DNA from: Balanoglossus misakiensis
Lineage: Eukaryota > Animalia > Hemichordata
Direction: 5' to 3'
NCBI GenBank assembly: GCA_040954595.2
Contig: CM082591.2
Coordinates: 4,139,957-4,203,956 of the forward strand
DNA: 64,000 nt
How positions within the stretch are numbered: position 1 is the stretch's first letter; each line of letters opens with the position of its first letter. The notes below the pieces were generated by a model that saw only the letters and a program-made list of their open reading frames with translations, made no database searches and was not told where the DNA came from. The position numbers and the translations under genes were made by a program. Positions 1 through 33,177 of this stretch are shown here, piece by piece.

Positions 1-2542
1 CGGTGCCTGTTTTCCGAGTTGCCAGTTCCTAAAATTGCTAGAAACAAAACAAGTACGTTCGGCAATCGACGGAAAGGTGTGATTGGCTAGTTTGTTTACG
101 AAACTGACACGATCGGTCGATCATGTTCATTTCCAAAGATGGCACCGTCCACACGCGCAAGTGTGTATCAATGCAAACAGCTGATCGGTGCAGCTTAGTA
201 TTTCCGGTGACCGGCTTAAAACAGCTGCGTGGGGCACCGTCCGACTTACATCCTCCCCAAACCGGCAAATCTTGCCTCTTTGAGCCGCGATTGCGGAAAA
301 TTAAATGGGCAATATGATCGTCTGGTACAGAACTGACCCGCTAACACAGGCAGCTGCCTGTTTCACCCGAACAAAAGAGTGTAAATAGAGTATTGTGTCC
401 CGCCTTTGTTATGCTTATGAGGTTTATCACACCACCTTCGCCCTATAAATTTGTCATTGAGGAAATAATAAAATGTTACTCAGCAGGCTGTTTACCCGTT
501 TCGACTCTTGATAACTTACAAGTAGCCCAAGTCAACAGACCCCATCAAATTGAAAATTGCGACATTCAGGTCAGTGACCGTACATTTAATGAAAATCGCT
601 GGACAAACTTGGCTTTGGGGTTTAGACACATGGTCAGGTGTGTGTCACACGTGACACCAGATTCATGTAAACACAGTAACAGTTACTGTGTCAGTTATTT
701 GGAAATTAACCCTTTTGTGACCACACACACTGTGATATACATGCTGAAATATATTTATCGTTCTCTGACAGTTGGACAACTTTATCGGCACCGTTTCAGT
801 TTAGTATTCCCAAGAACTAGATGGCAAGTGCATATGTACACACTGCATCATTCATTACGCCATCTGTTTCTGAGGAATACTGAATTGAAATCGTGTCAGA
901 TATATTGTTGTAGCTACACAGACAAAAAAATACAGGGAAAATAGACAAGTGTTGGGGATACATTTCGTGATATGGGATGTTAATCAGAAACAGACAATAA
1001 CCCTTTGACTTTATTATGGTGTATACTTGTGAACACTTTTGACCTTGAAACCCAAGCAACACAAACATAACAGAAATCTGTCAATCTTGAACCTCTTTGA
1101 CAATCCAGTTTTTTGGCATACAAATATGATACAGATTTCATGTCTTCACAGTTTGGATTTTTAAAGAATGATATTTACAGAGTTTGGAGATCAAGGATTG
1201 TCTTAATAACTAGTCCTTACTATGTTCTAGTTTGTTGTTTTCCCTCAAAAAAGTGGTCCCATAGTCTCCTTTATATTACCATGGCATGTGCTTATTCAAT
1301 AAACTGATTTCAAAGCGTAGGATCTCTGGAGGGAATAAAAATATTTGTTGGCTCCAGGTGCTAATAACTTTTGCCATTGTATGCAGATTTTTCTGTTGTG
1401 TTTCAAGGCTGGAGAGGGACACCATCATAACAGCGACTTTTGTTTGGGAATTTTTGTTTAAGAGACAAAAGACAGGGATGGTTGTGACCTTTGAACTATC
1501 TTAGTAACCAGAAAGTGTATTTTGACAGTCATAAAAGGTTGTGTAGAAGACTGATCTGTCCGGATCAGATTTACAATCAACAAAGCCAAAACACCTAGCA
1601 ACTGCAGAAGGCAAGGTCTGACTGGTTTCCATACCTCAAGCTGACATTTAAAGTAACCTATGAAAGAACCTAGTGGTGTACATGTATCAAGGCTGTCTGT
1701 TCAATTGATTGCCTGCGTTCACAATGTGGTCAGATTGAAGTGAAAAGAAATTTGCCTTGAGGAGTCAGAGACTAAAAATAAACCACTGATGAATTGCCAG
1801 TGCAAGTTCAAGGTCTAGCCAGCAATGTCTAGTCTGGGGATTGATTGGGAGAAAGGGAACTTGAGAAGCGTCTGGTGAAATCGGAACGGGTCTGCGTTAA
1901 TTTGTGGAGTGTTTGCTTCCGTCTTGGGAATCTGAGCTGGCGGCATTGTACTGACGTGGTTACAGGAAGACTTAGTGACGTGGGTTTCTCAGGTGCCAAG
2001 GACCTGTCATAGCTGTGTATGGTGTTGTCGGGACAGAGGTCACATTGTAATGGTGGTGTTGTGACACCGTACTGTAAAAGAAGCTGTCTCAAAAATCAAA
2101 AATCTTAAACTTTTTGTCATATTTTTTCCCAAGACAACACGAGATTATTCCCCCTTGAAATTGGAAATGAAAATTGGGGCTCGCCGTGAATTTTTTTTAG
2201 TGAGACAGCAAAATTGTCTCAGTTTTGAAATTCAAAATGGCTGCTGACAGTTCACAAGATTCTGAGGTGAAATCCTTCAATACACAAGAAGATATTGTGA
2301 CAACAGGAAACTAACATGACATCATTCTTTGTCAACTGAGAAAGATAGATGGGCCTATCCATCTTCAGAATAAAGACGTCCTGACCCCCCAGTATGTCGA
2401 CTCCGTAATAATTAATAGCCATTAACCTGGGGTGTCTGATCTCGCTTCCCCCAGGTTGTAGTACCCGGCCTTTTTGGACACGCGCGTGCAACCCCACACA
2501 CCCCTTGTTGATGCTTGGCTGCACCCATCACCTGATGCCACC

Positions 2543-9224
<6,682 letters not shown>

Positions 9225-9418
9225 CTTCTTGCAAGGAAAAAGTAGACTTTCTGATCCTGCTCACCCCTCTCTCATCAGAGGAGTGGTCTGTTCCTAACGT
9301 AGGAGACTGTCGCTCGGGGAGGGTCCACTCGCTGATGGGGGGTGTATTGGTGGTGCTGTGGAGGGGTAGGGTAAAAAAGTCCACTTAGAGTGAACAAGCT
9401 GAAGTACAGTGCAGATGT

Positions 9419-9582
9419 ACTGTCCTGTTGTGCTGCATAGACTTAGGGTTAGGGATTATGGTATTTAGGGTTAGGGATTATGACATCTCACCTGTAGTTG
9501 CAGGTCTTCAGCCAGAACCATTGTGAAAACTAGGTACCCTAGCGTATAAGCTTAACCCTGAGGTCTGTGCAGCATGGACAGT
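9419..9582. mobile_element. Small inverted-repeat element (possible MITE remnant) in the STK38 3' UTR
   Basis: The left arm ACTGTCC..TGCTGCATAGACTTAGGGTTAG is an imperfect reverse complement of the right arm TTAACCCTGAGGTCTGTGCAGCATGGACAGT. Confidence 0.55.
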
Positions 9583-10943
9583 GTGTGAAATGTACCGAGT
9601 GCGTTTGGGACGGTACAGCAATCATTAAAATAGTCAACTCTTTCTGTTCAAATACAGGATACATTTGCAGTGCCTGTAGAATTTGTTGTGTGTTATTTCT
9701 TTTCCCCAGTGCTTATGTTTTGTCATTTGGGTAGGGCATCAAAGTCACTTGTACAGTTTCTGTTCCAGTGTGTGGTTTTCTTTTCATTGTGACGTGTCAT
9801 TCTCCTTTATTTATTTTGTCAAAACTAGTTTTCAGAAGTCATGGTTGGGCTCTTTATAAAATTGAAAAAAGTTTCAAATGTGTGCTGATGATTACATATC
9901 TCTCAAATACGATTATTTCCTGAACCTGAGCCAAAGAGATACGTTTATAAAGGTATTATTATAATTTATTAGATGTTCAGTTTGGTTGTTAAAAAAGGCA
10001 AATACATGTATGTAGAAAATCTGAATGAACCTGCACACTGCAGGAAATATTTGGATCGGAAATTATTGCTTTATGTCAAGGGTCTAGTTTGCCGGTTGCC
10101 ATGGATACATGTAAATGATATGCATTTGACGATCTGATTGGCTGTTGTTATGGAAATATGCAAACAGTTAATCTTAGTACTTATGTAGATCTGCTTGCAA
10201 TACTAAAGGAGTGTTAATTTTACATTTGAGGGAAATTTTCACGATGAGAATTTTTTTCGCGATATCAACAAAATGTGTCTGCCATTGCTTTTTGCAAACG
10301 CACGGATGGTGTGCATTCTTCTTGGGATAGTCGGAGGAAAAACTCCATCCCAAAGCCAAACCTGCCTGGTCTTTGCTTAGCCACTTTTTTGAATGTGCAT
10401 AGACAGTAGCACTAGTTTAGACAAAGACTGTTTTTCAACAGAACTGATGTATAGCAGTAAAAATGTACAATATAATCAGGACTATAGAAATTAGTCTTGC
10501 GGAATTTACAAAAAATCAACATAACGTAATCAGGGTGTCAAATTCGATAAATTATTTCTCTATTTGAAGAGGTTTTATTGTATATTCTAGTGTTTATCTG
10601 AAGTGGATGTCAGAGTTTGAAAGACTTGGCTGTTTGGTGTTTGCAGAACATATATATTTTTTTCTTTGTCAGTTGTTACTTGATCATGTTTTTTGAACAA
10701 TTTGTTTTTTGACTACAATGTCTGATCACTGAAATTACCGATACTTATCCAGTGGAGAAAGTACTTTCATGATGTGATCCTACCTCTTTCTAAATGGTGC
10801 GTTCCTGGTTCCTGAAGGGCCTCTGTGCCATGTTGGAATATGTAGGGGTGAAGGCATTTGGTGAATGCAAGCGTTGCTCTCATTATTCATGTAAATTCAA
10901 CTTGTGCATGCTGCTAAGTGCTGTTCTGTCAGTTTATATCTGT

Positions 10944-10949
10944 AATAAA
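10944..10949 (+). terminator. Probable STK38 polyadenylation signal
   Basis: AATAAA about 1.7 kb after the stop codon, followed by T/GT-rich sequence. Confidence 0.5.
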
Positions 10950-11061
10950 GTGTACATAGATAAAAAAAAAACATCAAGCAGTGTTTCTTTTTTCCCCTCT
11001 CCAGATTACTGTAGAATAGACAGCTGTCTGTTCTTCAGTTCTTATGCATGCATATGTGAAA

Positions 11062-11127
11062 TCAAGATGGCCGCCATTATTTCAAATCAATTCAAGATGG
11101 CTGTCATCAATTCAAGATGGCCGCCAT
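11062..11127. repeat. Three tandem TCAAGATGGC(CGCC) units (YY1-like motif)
   Basis: Copies at ~11062, ~11092 and ~11112, between the convergent STK38 and TMEM86 3' ends. Confidence 0.65.
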
Positions 11128-12608
11128 CATTTCCAATACATGCAAATTTAGGAGTTGTTCAGAATAATAATCAACTCCCATATTTGCCCATACGCACATG
11201 ATGAAATTGCACCTGAAGCCATTCTATACCAACAGACAATAAAGCATTCACAAGTGACAATAGCCTTTGCTGGCTAATTTATTGCAATTTCAATGACACT
11301 ACTACAGAGCTGAAACGGGAGCCTACAGTATGACGATAAATCTTTCACCGATTGCATGTGATGCATTTAAATAACATGTCCACGAACATTGAATTAATAC
11401 ATAATAATGAAAATCTCATTTATGAATTACACAGAATGATTGCATTATACAAAGTACTGAAATAGTGCATCGACAGTCAATAATATATAGACATTTCAGC
11501 TAAATTCACATTATTGTTCCAACCCCAAAATTGCATTGATAGGCAAGTTTCCTCAGAAATTTTAACTACCGCGTAGTACTCATAATTTAATATGTTTGAC
11601 ACTGTATTACACACGTACACAGCATTGCTACATTATTAAAAAAATTGCATTGTATTTGTGCAAAGTTGAAAAAAATACACCCTGGTAACAGTAAATTAAA
11701 CTGATGCGTAATTAATAACACTGGAAATCCATTGTTCAGCAGAGTACACATGCTAAAAATAAATTCACATCAGTCACAAAGATATTGAAACGTGGGGAAA
11801 TTTAGACGGGTTTTAACCACATAATCCTTATCTGATATATGTATTGCATTTGCATATACATAAAATATGACTAATATCAGCCAATACTTGGGAGAACCCT
11901 GTTATTTCAGCATCAACTCCAATACTCTTCTGACGATATTAGAGTTATTTTTGTTATAGTTTGTTGCATTGTTTTGTTTTGTATATTAACCGTGTCTGCT
12001 GCCATAATACACATTATCATTATATTTTTCATAAATAAAACGCTTGACGAAATTGTAAATGAGACCAGGCTGTGCATGGGAAATGCTTTAACAATCTGAC
12101 ATTTCATATCGCTGATATAACTGAAAATTATTGATAAATCCCTAGCATAATATATTAATTATTTACGTATTTCACAATCACTCTATGAAATCACACCATG
12201 AATTAAATATTGGTCAGTTGTAAAGAATGTAAATACATAGGTTGAAAAGAAGCAGCATTGTGCGTAACAGTGTGAGCACCCTAACATTCAATCAACAAAT
12301 TTTGCAAATATAATTTCATTCCCAATTCTTATTTTTTTAATTCGAATTTTTACTCATGCAACTTACAGAAGTAGTACTATTCCAATGGTTTTAAGTTTCG
12401 CACGGTAATTAACCTGAAAGGTTAGATCAAGCAGAATAAGGTTTAAAGTTGACTGGAAGATTTGTCATGGGGGAGGGGGGGGGCACTCTCAGTGATAATG
12501 AGGGATCGTGAGATGATGGGGAGGAGGGGGAGTGTGTGTCTCGGATCGTGAACAGAAACCTTGAGAACAAACTTTCAGTCTCTCTATCTAAGCTAAACTA
12601 ACTTCATC

Positions 12609-13298
12609 CTATTCTGTCTTCTTGGCTAGCACCACCCCTGGGTAATCGGTTACTGCCATGGTGATACCAAACTGAGCCAGATAGTAGGTCGTCATGACGA
12701 CCATACTGCGATGAGGAACGTCATACAAGAACCTGTCGACTCCAATGACGAAGTCCGAGATCAGGAAAGAAACGGAGCCAATCGCACACATCGACTGACC
12801 CCATGTCAGTTTCCCTTCCTGCAACTGACATCTAGCTAACGCCCTCCACGCCATGTAATAGATTAATAATATGTACAGCCCGATTAAGACGACGAATTTG
12901 TCCTCCAAACCGGGATACAGGTACGCGTACATAGCCGAACCACAGCTCAGACAGATGATTAGGATTAACGGCTTAAACGGTCGTAATCCGAACGTGATCC
13001 CGTAGATGATCTGGGCCACGGAGAAAGCTGCGAGGGCGTGGAGGAAAAGGGTCTTTTTGTAGACGAGGCAACAGTCCCCAACACCGGACACCAACAGGCC
13101 GAGCATGATCCCCACTGAGAACGAGGAAATCTTTCCGCTCGACCAAGAGTGGACCAAGACAAAAACAGCCAATGAGACAATCGGGAGGACTTTGATAACA
13201 ACGGCTTCCAGTGATGGCGTTGCTAGGGAATCCTTAAGGGCAAAATAGACAGTGACAGCCACGAAGAAGAATGACGATTTGATCATGTGATGCAGCAT
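12609..13298 (-). CDS. TMEM86: TMEM86/YhhN-family lysoplasmalogenase, single coding exon
   Basis: Multi-TM ORF with family motifs IKVLPIVSL, GLLVSGVGDCCL, FLISDFVIGVDRF and VMTTYYLAQFGI. It ends KKTE (KKxx ER retrieval). The ATG directly follows an acceptor (cag|ATG), and there is a 5' UTR exon donor at ~13624. Confidence 0.9.
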   Translation of the reverse strand: MLHHMIKSSFFFVAVTVYFALKDSLATPSLEAVVIKVLPIVSLAVFVLVHSWSSGKISSFSVGIMLGLLVSGVGDCCLVYKKTLFLHALAAFSVAQIIYGITFGLRPFKPLILIICLSCGSAMYAYLYPGLEDKFVVLIGLYILLIYYMAWRALARCQLQEGKLTWGQSMCAIGSVSFLISDFVIGVDRFLYDVPHRSMVVMTTYYLAQFGITMAVTDYPGVVLAKKTE

Positions 13299-15012
13299 CT
13301 GTCGAGATAGAAAAATGAACAATTATCAGAGCAGTAAGTAACCTTTGATATTTTCAGTACAATTCTTGTACCAACGACCCCCCCCCCCCCCCGGCCCATC
13401 ACAGCGCGCCTATCAGACCTCGCAGACGGTGTGATAACTGTAAAATACCTGACAAACTGTGTAGTCCCACACCGCATTCGTATGTCTAGAGATTTTTTTT
13501 CCCTTGGATCGGTGTGAATTTTATACCGACACGTTTCATTTTTGCCTGCCCATACACGTTAATAGTGCAAGTATATGATCGTGAATTTCAACCCAACTCC
13601 AAAGCCGCAGAATTTACACCTACCTTTAATGGCTAGGCATCCGATCACGCAGCGAGATTACGAAGTGTGGTTTAATGAAAGACGGGTGCGGTAAAATTCT
13701 GCTCCACACGTTTCTTCGAGTTCAAGCTTCAGCAGTTGCCATGAAGACAATTATTTATGTTCACCTTTGACCTCCGTAATGGCTGCTCACATGACCAAAA
13801 CATCTTTCACTAGTATGACCTGAGATGACCCCTGGCCAGCCACGGTCTCCGCTCATACTATTCACATGTTTTATCATCGGTTGCTCAAAGCGCTACCGCT
13901 CTCACGGTTTATGGCTAGGCTAGACTGACTCGTTGTTTTTTTTCTCTGGTAAACGACACACAGGAAACTGAACATCCATCAGTTAGGCAATGGCGCAAAA
14001 CCCCTGTTAAAAGTTATCACTCGGTATGTAATGGCCACCGAGAACACATGGGATCACATTCGGTGGCAGTTTCGAACGGTTTCTTTTGTTTCTCATCAAC
14101 ATTCTCTTCAGTAATTAATGTAGGGTTCACGGAGAATCTACCCACCTACGGATATCCGGCTATTACACGATTCTTCGTCCCATATAGACGGCGTTTTGTA
14201 CATTTATAGCGAGGATTCAAGTCTTCCGACACTACAGCCAGCTGGACTCATGACGTCACCTTCTCGCAACTTCACGTTCTTGAAAAAAATACTGGCCATG
14301 CAAATGTTTGCATGTAAATTTCATGAAATCAACATAATTTAACACATACATGTTTATTTTAAATTTGAAAGTCAGAAAACGTGAAAAATGACTCAGTTTT
14401 GAGTAATGATGAACGACCAATTGCAACCTACAGACATCTGGTCCGGCAACAGAAGTCAGTAAAATGTTCAATAAAATGTTGATATGTCTACCGTATATAT
14501 TGATGCAAGAAACCCCAATCCAAACAAAATTGGATAAAAAAATGACAAAATTCACTTTTATTACAGCATGACTTAAAATTTTAATGAAACCAATGTAAGA
14601 GGCAAAGAGACCCGACAAAGTTTTGATAAACTTACTGAACATTTACAAAAACAAATTTACGAAAATAAAGCATTTCAGAGTTTCATCTGGCAATATTACA
14701 AAAATACATACAGCACAAGAATACAAATGTTACAAAACAAACTTACATACAGTACACTCATCAACTGACAATACAGAGCAATACAGTACAAAAATAATCC
14801 ATACAGTGATTGCACATCAGGAAATATTGTGGCGGTGAAAATTCAACAATTGATTGAAAATAATATTTTTTTCTTTTATTCCATGAAAGTGCTGTCAATT
14901 GCAGCTTCAAAATTCCTGCATCTGATAATGCCACTGTAATTAAAAATAGATACAGCCCTCCCCATGTGTCTTATTTAGAACGTATCCTAGGCGTAGAAAC
15001 TGGTCTGTTTAT

Positions 15013-18000
15013 CTAAGGCTGTGGTTGGTCTTGTCCGGGTTGTGCGGCCTGGGCTTGTATGTTGGCCGCTTGGTCCATCTGGACAATGTTTGCGTCTTCT
15101 GGTTTTTGTTGTTGTTGGAATTGTTGTTGCTGTTGCTGTTGCACAGCTTGATGTGCTGCATCAAACTGCTGCTTCATCTCTTCCCGCTGCGCTTGTTGCT
15201 GCGCCTGCTGCAAGGCAGCCGCCTGCGCCGCCTCTTGCTGCGCTTGTTGTTGTGCGAGTTGCTGCTGGGCTTGCTGCTGCGCGTTGAGTTGCTGCTGGGC
15301 CTGTTGTTGCTGCTGCGCTTGCTGTTGCTGGGCTTGCTGCTGCAGCCGTAGTTGCTCCGCCTGCTGCTGTGCGCGCTGCTGCTCCGCCTGCCGTTGGGCG
15401 GCCTGTTGCTGCGCCTGTTCCAGGGCTATCTGTTGCGCCTGCTGTTGCTGTAAGTGCTGTTGTTGTCCCTGAAACTGTTGGCCCTGTGGGGGCTGGCCCT
15501 GCAGTTGCTGACCCGGTTGCTGCAGCCCTTGCTGCTGTCGCTGTATCTCCTGCTGTTTGGCCGCTTGCATCTCGGCGACCCTGGCCGCAGCCTGCTGCTT
15601 CTTGACGGCGTTTCGCATTTTCTTCTGTTCCATCTCCTCCAGTTCTCTCTTGAACTCCGCCAAGTCTTCCTCAGTGAAAAGCTCCTGGTCAGCGAGGTCC
15701 TGCAAAGTGACCACAAAGACGCATGACATCATCATTTTTGTTGCACACATCATCAATATGAGTGCACGTCTTGAGCACACCTACTGCAGTGCAAATCTAT
15801 GTAGTTTCACCACCATGGGACAGACAATTCCAACACCACTAGCTCAACATATAAGCATTCCCCAAGAAAAATTATTTGGCACACTCGGGTATCTCACTTA
15901 CTTCCCAACTTTCGTTGTTCTCAAATTCCTCGTCTTGTGTGGCAGCCATGAATTCTTTGAGGCTGATCATAAAGTCACCATCTTTATCGACCTGGAAAAA
16001 GAATTCAAAACCTACTTTATAACCTGGTATTATGTCTGATCTGAAAACATTCATTATCATGTCAGCTTTTAAGATATAAACACAGTACCATTTGACTATC
16101 CCAATGGCTGGGAATGAACTTTTCCCATATTATTCCAGAATCCTACCTCCTTCATCACATGTTCTCTCATCCTGGCCATCTCTTCCATCTTTTCCCTTGG
16201 ATCAGCGTCCTCACCATATATTTTGTCCAACTGCAAGGAAGATTCAAAAGACGATGTCAAATTTCTTTCCGTGAAAACATAGAGAGGATCACGATATGTG
16301 TGCCAGGCCTAGTACACTGCACACAAAATAAACTGCAAAACTAAAAGCATTGACCAATGTCAATTCATCACTGTTCTCATCAGTGAAAGTACAATGAAGA
16401 AGATGATAACAAGATTCTTACCTCGTTGACAAACAAGGCTTCAAGTTCTAATGGATCTAACTTCCGATCTCCATTTTTGTCGTGTAGCATGAAAAATGTC
16501 TTGGAGTCGAAATTGTCTTTTTCCAAGTGGTCGGTCTCCTCCCAAACCTCTTCCAGCTGTTTCTTGCTTCCCTGGGAAATGAATTTATATTGATTGCCAT
16601 GATTTACAATTTAGTATGAAGTACATGTAACAACCAAATTGTTTGCTATGGTGTACATTGTAACACAAAGTAACAACCATGGATTGCTATGGTGAACATT
16701 GTAACACAAAGTAACAACCACATTGTTTGCAATGATGTACATTGTAGCAGTTACACTACAGTGGAGCACAAAGTAACAACCACATTGTTTGTGATGATGT
16801 ACAATGTAGCAATTACACTTTCCATGTCTACTTTGATTTGCTTGCAACTGTGTCGTATAGGGTGAATACCCATAGTCAGAGATGGGACGACACCCACACT
16901 TTGTATAGGCCTGAGACTTGATAGGATAAGATTTTTCATATAGTGGTCACCCTGGCTGGTTTGGGAAAGCCCACAGACTCGGTTGGAAATTAAGCTTTGA
17001 TTTCTACTGCACCTCTAGAATATCCATTAAAAACTATACTAACCGGATGATTAACTTTTGGATGTTCTTTTTTCTTCTTCTGTTTTTCTTCCCATTCTGT
17101 CCTCGCTGCCTCTCGTTTTGCTTCCGACATTTCCTTCAGCTTCTCCCGCCTCCGGAATTCTTTCTCCATCTCGTATTTCTTGAAGTCTTCCTTCCGGGTT
17201 TTATCCATGGCGTCCAGGTCTTGAGTTGCCTGACACAAAAGCAAGGAATAAAGGAACGTGTCAAGTATTTTCATCTCGGTTGCGGAACTTTGTGATGTTG
17301 GGTGATTTGGGTAGGAACCCTGACCCTCCTACATAACATGTATCTCACCTTTTGGATGAGTTTAGCTAGATCTGCCTCTTCAAACGTTCTCGTGTTGCTG
17401 ACATCAATGTGCCCAAGCATTTCAGCCATCACAGTACCTTTGTCCATTCTTCTCACACCTATATAGAACCACATGTTATTAAAAGAATGTATATACACCG
17501 GACATCTCTGCAAACCGAACAATTTCTTCAGTCACTTTGGTGACCATTTTAAGATTTATTAAATAGGTAAGGTAACACCACTCACCATTTTGTCTATCCA
17601 TCTGTTCCCTAGCAACCACCCTGAGGCGATTCACTTCCTGTCTCTTCAGTTCATCTAATTTTGAACGAACTTTGTGGCCGACAAAATTGAGCTCTTCAGC
17701 TATCTTGCCACTCTATAAAAGGAAAACAGGTTTTGTCGATTAAGTTACAAAAAATTAGACAGTAAATTACACTATTGCGATTTTCACCCACACTATAAAC
17801 TGTACTAGTTTTTTCAACAAATGTACAGACATGTATGTACACAAATCTGTTTACCATATCTGGACCCTCTTTACTGAACAAATATAGAAGCATATCGCAT
17901 GATGGAATACCATAGGATACAAAAATAGGCTTATTATAAAAATGGATCAATACAAAACCAGCACCAACGTTCCCACTAAGGTTTATCATCCCCGAAATCA

Positions 18001-18522
18001 TTCATAAAACAGTAGAAGCGTTTTACCTTGACATCATCGATATCAGCGTCTTCTAATTTCTTTTTAAACTCAGGATCCGATTCAAGAATATTAATAACTT
18101 CTTTTAAGTATCTATCATACTCAAGACCAGTGTCCTGTCATGGGAAAACAATATACATACAAAAAGTCTTGATGTATATGACCAAATATTTATGAGAGTT
18201 GCATGAATGTTATCGTTTTCAGACACAGACATTCCTTTTGTATTGTTGAGGGTGACATAACACATTGTGCTGTGATGTTTCTTGGAATGGAAAAATAACA
18301 CAAAACTTGTAAAAAATGTGAGAAAAATGCTACTGATGTTTCTACCAACACAAAAACTTTTCTTACAATGTCTTCCTCTTCTCCCTCTCCCTCCTTGTCA
18401 TCTGTTTCATCTTTCTCTTCTTTCTCATCTTCCGTCTCTTCTGATTTCTTGGGATCTAACGGTGCAGAGAATACCAGTGGCACCAGAGCCAGCAGCAGCA
18501 GTAATAACTTCCACCTTGACAT
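15013..18522 (-). CDS. NUCB2: Nucleobindin (NUCB1/NUCB2 homolog) with Gln-rich C-terminal tail, 9 coding exons
   Basis: Approximate exons: 18367-18522, 18027-18134, 17586-17712, 17349-17458, 17045-17229, 16422-16571, 16147-16230, 15903-15991, 15013-15699. Signal peptide [20 protein letters not shown]; motifs [23 protein letters not shown] and [21 protein letters not shown]; EF-hands [12 protein letters not shown] and [12 protein letters not shown]. Confidence 0.95.
16620..16820. repeat. Minisatellite in NUCB intron, same family as 8380-8612
   Basis: Shares a stretch of about 50 identical bases with 8481-8531. Confidence 0.85.
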
Positions 18523-19129
18523 TCTACAGAATTAAAGTGAATTCACCAATAATTAATTTATTAGTTTATTTACGAATACAAGCATCCACTGTCTTTGATT
18601 TGCTTAGCGAATACATGGGTGATAGAAAATGGTATACGCAATGTACATTACCAAGCTGATTGCAATGTACATTACACGCCTAAACATGTAAATTAAATTA
18701 AAATCAACTACCTCCCTCTTTAGAGCTAGCTTTGATTACATGGTACCTGTTGGTTCTAAAAGTTCTGGGCTGATGATAACTTTGCGTGTTTTTAGACAAT
18801 CTGGTGATCGTGATCGCGTGAGAAACCACAGATGATGCGAGTTGAGCATTATCATTAAATCAGTGTATATGCTATTGATGGGGTGATAAACACGGAAGTG
18901 TGCAACGCTTTGTTTCGTAAAGAAAAGCGATCTGTGATAGCTCCGCGGTTTGAGCACGGTCCCTCCACACATGCGTGTGGCACAGACGCGTTAAGAATCC
19001 CTTACCTGGCTAGACGAGAGCTGATCTTGGCTAACAGCTGCTTTGAATTCCACAAAATCTCCGCAAGATACCTGTCAATTCAGGTGAGAAGCAGGAGACG
19101 TGGCGAGTGGGGACCTGTAGCCTCCTTCA

Positions 19130-19450
19130 AAAAGCAATAACATATTTAAACTGCTGATCGTCAAAAGTGGCACGATTAGTAGTTTTCTATGACAGTCTGG
19201 CTTAGATTTATAATTGTATACTCATAATTATATTCCAGTGTATTTACATTATTCTTAATCCTTGAAAAAGACATATCTTAAAAATAATAATGTGAAGAGA
19301 GGCGGCCATATTGATATAGTTGGGATGCCTGAAGTGAACTTCCTGACCTCGTCGTGGAGTAAACCCTACGTTGATTGGTCAATATAATGCTGAGTGTAAT
19401 AAAGAAGCCAATCACAATAGTTGATATGGGGAGGTCAGTTTGTCAACATT
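19130..19450. promoter_or_regulatory. Bidirectional promoter NUCB / PIK3C2A
   Basis: Opposed first-exon donors at ~19005 (minus) and 19531 (plus, AAG|GTGAGT). Between them lie a YY1-like GGCGGCCATATTG (19301) and CCAAT boxes (~19374 reverse, ~19408). Confidence 0.65.
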
Positions 19451-20668
19451 GAGGGGAAGTAATGGCTTCTGTTCACCTCGTTTGTTTACGAAATCGACCC
19501 GAAATTTACACTCCTGTGGTTTATTTTAAGGTGAGTTGAAGTAAGATCTACGTTCTTCTAATGATATAAAACCTTAGTCGTGAAAAAGTGGGTACGATCG
19601 CATCGTTTCTAGGACAGTGACAGACATTTACCTGGGGAATTAATCAGACGACCCAACTTCACAAGTTCCGTGCCATACAATGATGCATAGCCAGCCACAT
19701 TAGTAATTTTTAACTTACTAGTAAATGTGGCATGAATTGTAACGACGATCAGTGGTTTCGACTAACCTTCGCACTGATCAGAAAATGTAGTGTGAAAATA
19801 TTGGTCACAAGTTCACGATCTCCAACAGACATGGTTCAACACACAGTGTAAACAAACCCAAAACAAAACAGATGTATGATGTTATTGTTATGCAAATTGC
19901 AATTGACACCACTGTTTCTGCCCCTCCCACTTGCCTTAACCACCCAGATCCTAGACCCCGCCCATACAACCGAGATGATATTAAGTATTTATACAGTAGA
20001 ATACTTTTCCACCGGTAGATCCACTGCAAGATGACTAAATTTAATCAGTATAAATTAATTACATGCAGTATTTCCTATAGCAAAGTACAAGGCAAAGTCC
20101 ACCCTTTGAAATATATCATATCTCGGCACGTACCTGTACACACAGTACAATCACAACTCTTTTTTCGTGAATCATTAAATTGTACATAACCATATGGGGT
20201 TACCTCCATGGCATAACATTGTCCCGACTTTGCATAAACAGGAAGTTTAAAGTATAAAGGGTAAAAGCATTAAAACACAATGATGATATTATATTAATAA
20301 CATCTTACTCGGCATGTGTTAACTCGGAAACAGGGGTGAAAGGGTTAAATGATAACAGACATATCATCAGGACTGTAGATTTCAGGGGCGGTTTGAAAAC
20401 ATGAATCAATTCCCACTACTTTGCATATACATAAAGCACTGCTGATTCTGTTTGATAAAACGCTGCCTGAACAAGTTGTGAATTATTAATAAAAAGTATA
20501 CATTTTATCTCCACAGTTTCTTTGGAATTGACTCATACAAGATATACAGGGGAAATTCAACGTTTAGTCAGAGTCGATCCAAGTGAAAGATCCACTGCGT
20601 TGTATTGAGATTGGAAACACTTTCATGTATATTCCAGCCATAGTTAAGGACTGTGCGTGTATTGAGAA

Positions 20669-33177
<12,509 letters not shown>

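Noticed and set aside
393-944. 183-aa ORF upstream of STK38
   Set aside because: Non-ATG start, no domain and no supporting splice pattern; probably intronic or intergenic.
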